A DNA stretch of 64,000 nucleotides from Rotaria socialis (Eukaryota). A program made the position numbers and the translations under genes. The stretch's first letter is position 1, and each line of letters starts with the position of its first letter. The stretch spans positions 62,001-126,000 of the forward strand of contig CAJNYD010000096.1 in NCBI GenBank assembly GCA_905331295.1, given 5' to 3'. The notes beneath the pieces are model-generated. The model searched no databases. It worked only from the letters and a program-made list of their open reading frames with translations, and was not told where the DNA came from. Below are positions 61,060-64,000 of the stretch, in pieces.

Positions 61060-62020
61060 ATGGAACAACCGATAAATACAAATACAGAGGAATCTGATAA
61101 TGAAACTGTTGTCATTGGTAGTCCATCGAATTTCTGGCGATTTTCGTCTAAGAATGGGTTTGATTTGACTCGAGGAGGCTATGAAGGCAATTTTATTCGT
61201 TTTGAGACAACTAAAATGCCTATTACGATTGATCCAGCTCGTTCAGCTCTGGTAATCATTGATATGCAGAATTTCTTTTTAAATCCAGCAATAAATTCGC
61301 ATCCAGCGGGTCTAGCTGCATCCCAACAACTATTGGACTATGTGCTTCCTACTACACGTAAAATTGCCATGCAAGTTATATGGCTCAATTGGGGCCTCAC
61401 ACAAGAAGACATCGATCAGGCACCACCCTCTGTAAAAGCAGCGTTTCAATCTGACACACTCACTTGTCTACCGAGTGCTGCGCCAAGAAAAAAAATCTAC
61501 AAAGGTTTTGGTACATCCATAGGCGAGATCAAACTTCCTGATGGAAAACATGTGGAAGGAGGACGTTTATTGATGCGTGATACGTGGAATGCTAGCCTCT
61601 ACGATCCACTGCTGGAGAGCTACAACAATAGTCAATCGAGTTCAAAACCTGACCAATTGTTTCATAAAGTATGATTATATTGTTGAAGAAAATTTTTCTT
61701 GTGAGAACTGCTGTTTCAATCTTATTTAGGCTCGTGTGTCGGGTTTATGGTCTCATGAGAGTCCTATACTTAGTTATTTGCAGAGCAATAACATCGTCAC
61801 ACTTTTCTTCGCTGGCGTCAATACTGATCAATGTGTATCTAGCACATTGCAAGATGCTCTGAGTAAGAATTTTGATTGCGTTCTATTGCGTGATGCATGT
61901 GGCACAAGTAGTCCGTCGTTTGCTCAACAATGTATCGAGTATAATTGTGCTCTTTATCAAGGGTTTGTCATGGATGTCGAAATGTTTTCCAGAGGAGTTC
62001 ATAGTCTCGAACAAATGTGA
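61060..62020 (+). CDS. Isochorismatase-family cysteine hydrolase, 299 aa, 2 exons; HGT candidate
   Basis: Exons 61060-61668 and 61730-62020 (61-bp phase-0 intron). Catalytic D (LVIIDMQNFF), K (FHK|ARVSG) and C (AGVNTDQCV); also WLNWGL and GRLLMRDTWNA. Confidence 0.9.
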
Positions 62021-62845
62021 GCAATTTTTATGTTGTTTGTGGAAATTAAAATATATGATTTTAACGAGGATATCGTTTTCAGCACGTTCAAATATATGAA
62101 AAAGAAAAGAGTAAATGTTTTAATTCATGTACAACAATACACACATCTAATTGTATTTCCATATATGCATCTAGCTTTCATGCAAATCTATTCTCTTCGA
62201 TGGTAATGATGTAGCAAAATAATGAATGTGTGAGTCAGTGAAATAACAGAAGACGCTGCTTCGTTATTGCGTGACGTTAATCGATCACTATGAGACCACG
62301 GTAAGTTTTTGCTCACTCCATTTCAAATTCGTTTGAAAGATCAACGATTTTGCCACGAATAGTAAGACAGTGTGCTGTCAATCACATGACGGCTGAATTG
62401 AGTTGCAAATATGACTATAGTTCAATTATTTTCTAGTGGGCATTTGTTGAAAGCGACGTCTCAGCTAACGCATAACCTTGAGATTTTTATTATATATGTG
62501 TTTGCTTATGAAACAGAACTAGAAATTTGACAAAACAGTGTCATAGTACATTAACTGCGAAATTCATGAGCAGCATTCTGCTATGGTTGTAAATCGTTAT
62601 AATTAAAATTTGACAATTTTCTAATAGTGTAGCTTTATTTGTTAGAGCACACATTTTCGATTTATTTGCTTATAATTGAGGTGAGATTGATTGTATTGCA
62701 CAATATAACGGAATGAGTACCTTGATCATTGATTCACATTCGATAAGAGTAAATGTTAGAAAATATCTTCAGAAATATCTCTTTTTCTTATATATATATA
62801 CGTATATTTAATATTGCTACTCGTTATTGTTGCTGTTGGACGACC

Positions 62846-63680
62846 CAGTGAAAAATATTACTAAAAAAGAACGCTAAAGAATGCGTTCCAAAAGAACTGA
62901 AGCTCTTTTTTTAAGAAAAGAAAACGTTCCACAACAAATGGAAACCGTTCTCAAATGGAACGCACTAGAACACATTCTATCATTCTAAGAAGGTGTTCTT
63001 GGTCGTTTCGAAATGGAACAGTGAAGAACGCATTCTGCCACTTGTGGAACGCTTTCTCTTCTTTAAAACGGTTAACCTTTCTGATCACCTGGGTAATCAT
63101 TAATAGATGAATCTACAATTAGTCAAAAGACTGTACCTGATGCAACTTGACGAGCTCTATCGAATGGCGTACTCCAATTCGTTGTAACTGAAACCGTTAT
63201 TAAAATAATCATTTTTCTAAATCAGACCAAATATCCCTAAAGTAAAATCGAATGAAGATTCCATCATTTCTCACATCAATTTCAACCTGCTTTGCTTCAG
63301 ACCTTTTATTTTAGAATGAAAATGTGGTTTGCTTCGAAAAGAAAACATTCATCTCTTCAGAGAATCCATTGTCTTAAAGGCTCGTGAGAGAACGTAAAAG
63401 GAAGCTATTTTATTTCGATGAAATGCTATGTTAACCGTTCCGAAAGAAAATGAACTAGAATGAATTCTACTGGTTTAAGAATGATTCAGAATGCTTTCTC
63501 TTCAAATAGGGAACGATTTTTCAGTATAGAAGAAAGTATTCCATACTAGTGTGGAACGGTAAAGAACGAGTTCCTTCAGATCGAGAATATTTCTTTCTGA
63601 CTCTGAACGCATTCGCTCAAACAAGGAACGCATTCTCTACGTAGGAGATAGGTTTCCATATCCGCATGAAACCATTCTAT
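62846..63680. repeat. Region with a dispersed GAACGC(A/T)TTC-like motif; possible decayed non-autonomous DNA transposon
   Basis: Recurrent GAACGC/GAACGCATTC/GCGTTCC motifs at ~62869, 62880, 62958, 63026, 63047, 63605 and 63626. No coding capacity; termini not defined. Confidence 0.35.
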
Positions 63681-64000
63681 TCCGTTTTTTCGAAATATTT
63701 TTTACTGCGGAGAAGGATCAAATTATTAGATTATGCTAGAAACAAACTTTGAAATCATGAGCGCGCAACGTTTGCTGAAATGGGATTTCAACATGTTCGA
63801 TGAAATAGAACATAATCCGTATGTTTGTATCTTTCATTTTCAAAATTTCACATAATATTCTATTAGGGAGCTCTGAATAAGAATATAGCGCTTCTCTTGT
63901 CTTAAAAGCTATACTACCTGATTCGAAACACACGTTGACCAGTAATCATCAGTTTTTGAGTCAATGCCACTTATGTTCGCGTTCACAGTAGTAAAATCGC

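Overview
Very AT-rich eukaryotic genomic DNA with many short (~50-70 bp) GT-AG introns. Metazoan housekeeping genes sit next to apparently foreign (bacterial/fungal-family) genes, a pattern most consistent with a bdelloid rotifer; this is an inference, as no search was possible. From left to right the window holds: (1) the 3' 17 kb of a giant, almost intron-free gene encoding a midasin/dynein-type AAA module, long helical regions, ASH/PapD-like Ig repeats and four tandem VWA domains; (2) a divergent two-unit ubiquitin gene with kappaB-like palindromes upstream; (3) a 10-exon DDX60-like Ski2 helicase; (4) a 160-bp hAT-type MITE with an 8-bp target-site duplication (TSD); (5) two small loci missed by the ORF track, a 3-exon peptide gene and a decayed Ly6/three-finger-like gene; (6) a coiled-coil protein with a KY-like C-terminus; (7) a conserved block of POLE, HP1/CBX and PLK1; (8) two intron-bearing HGT candidates, a GH92 alpha-mannosidase and an isochorismatase-family hydrolase. 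The best candidate for an undescribed system is the giant AAA/4xVWA protein + variant di-ubiquitin + DDX60 cluster, which loosely resembles an RNF213/ISG15/DDX60-style innate immune module. That link is a hypothesis only.
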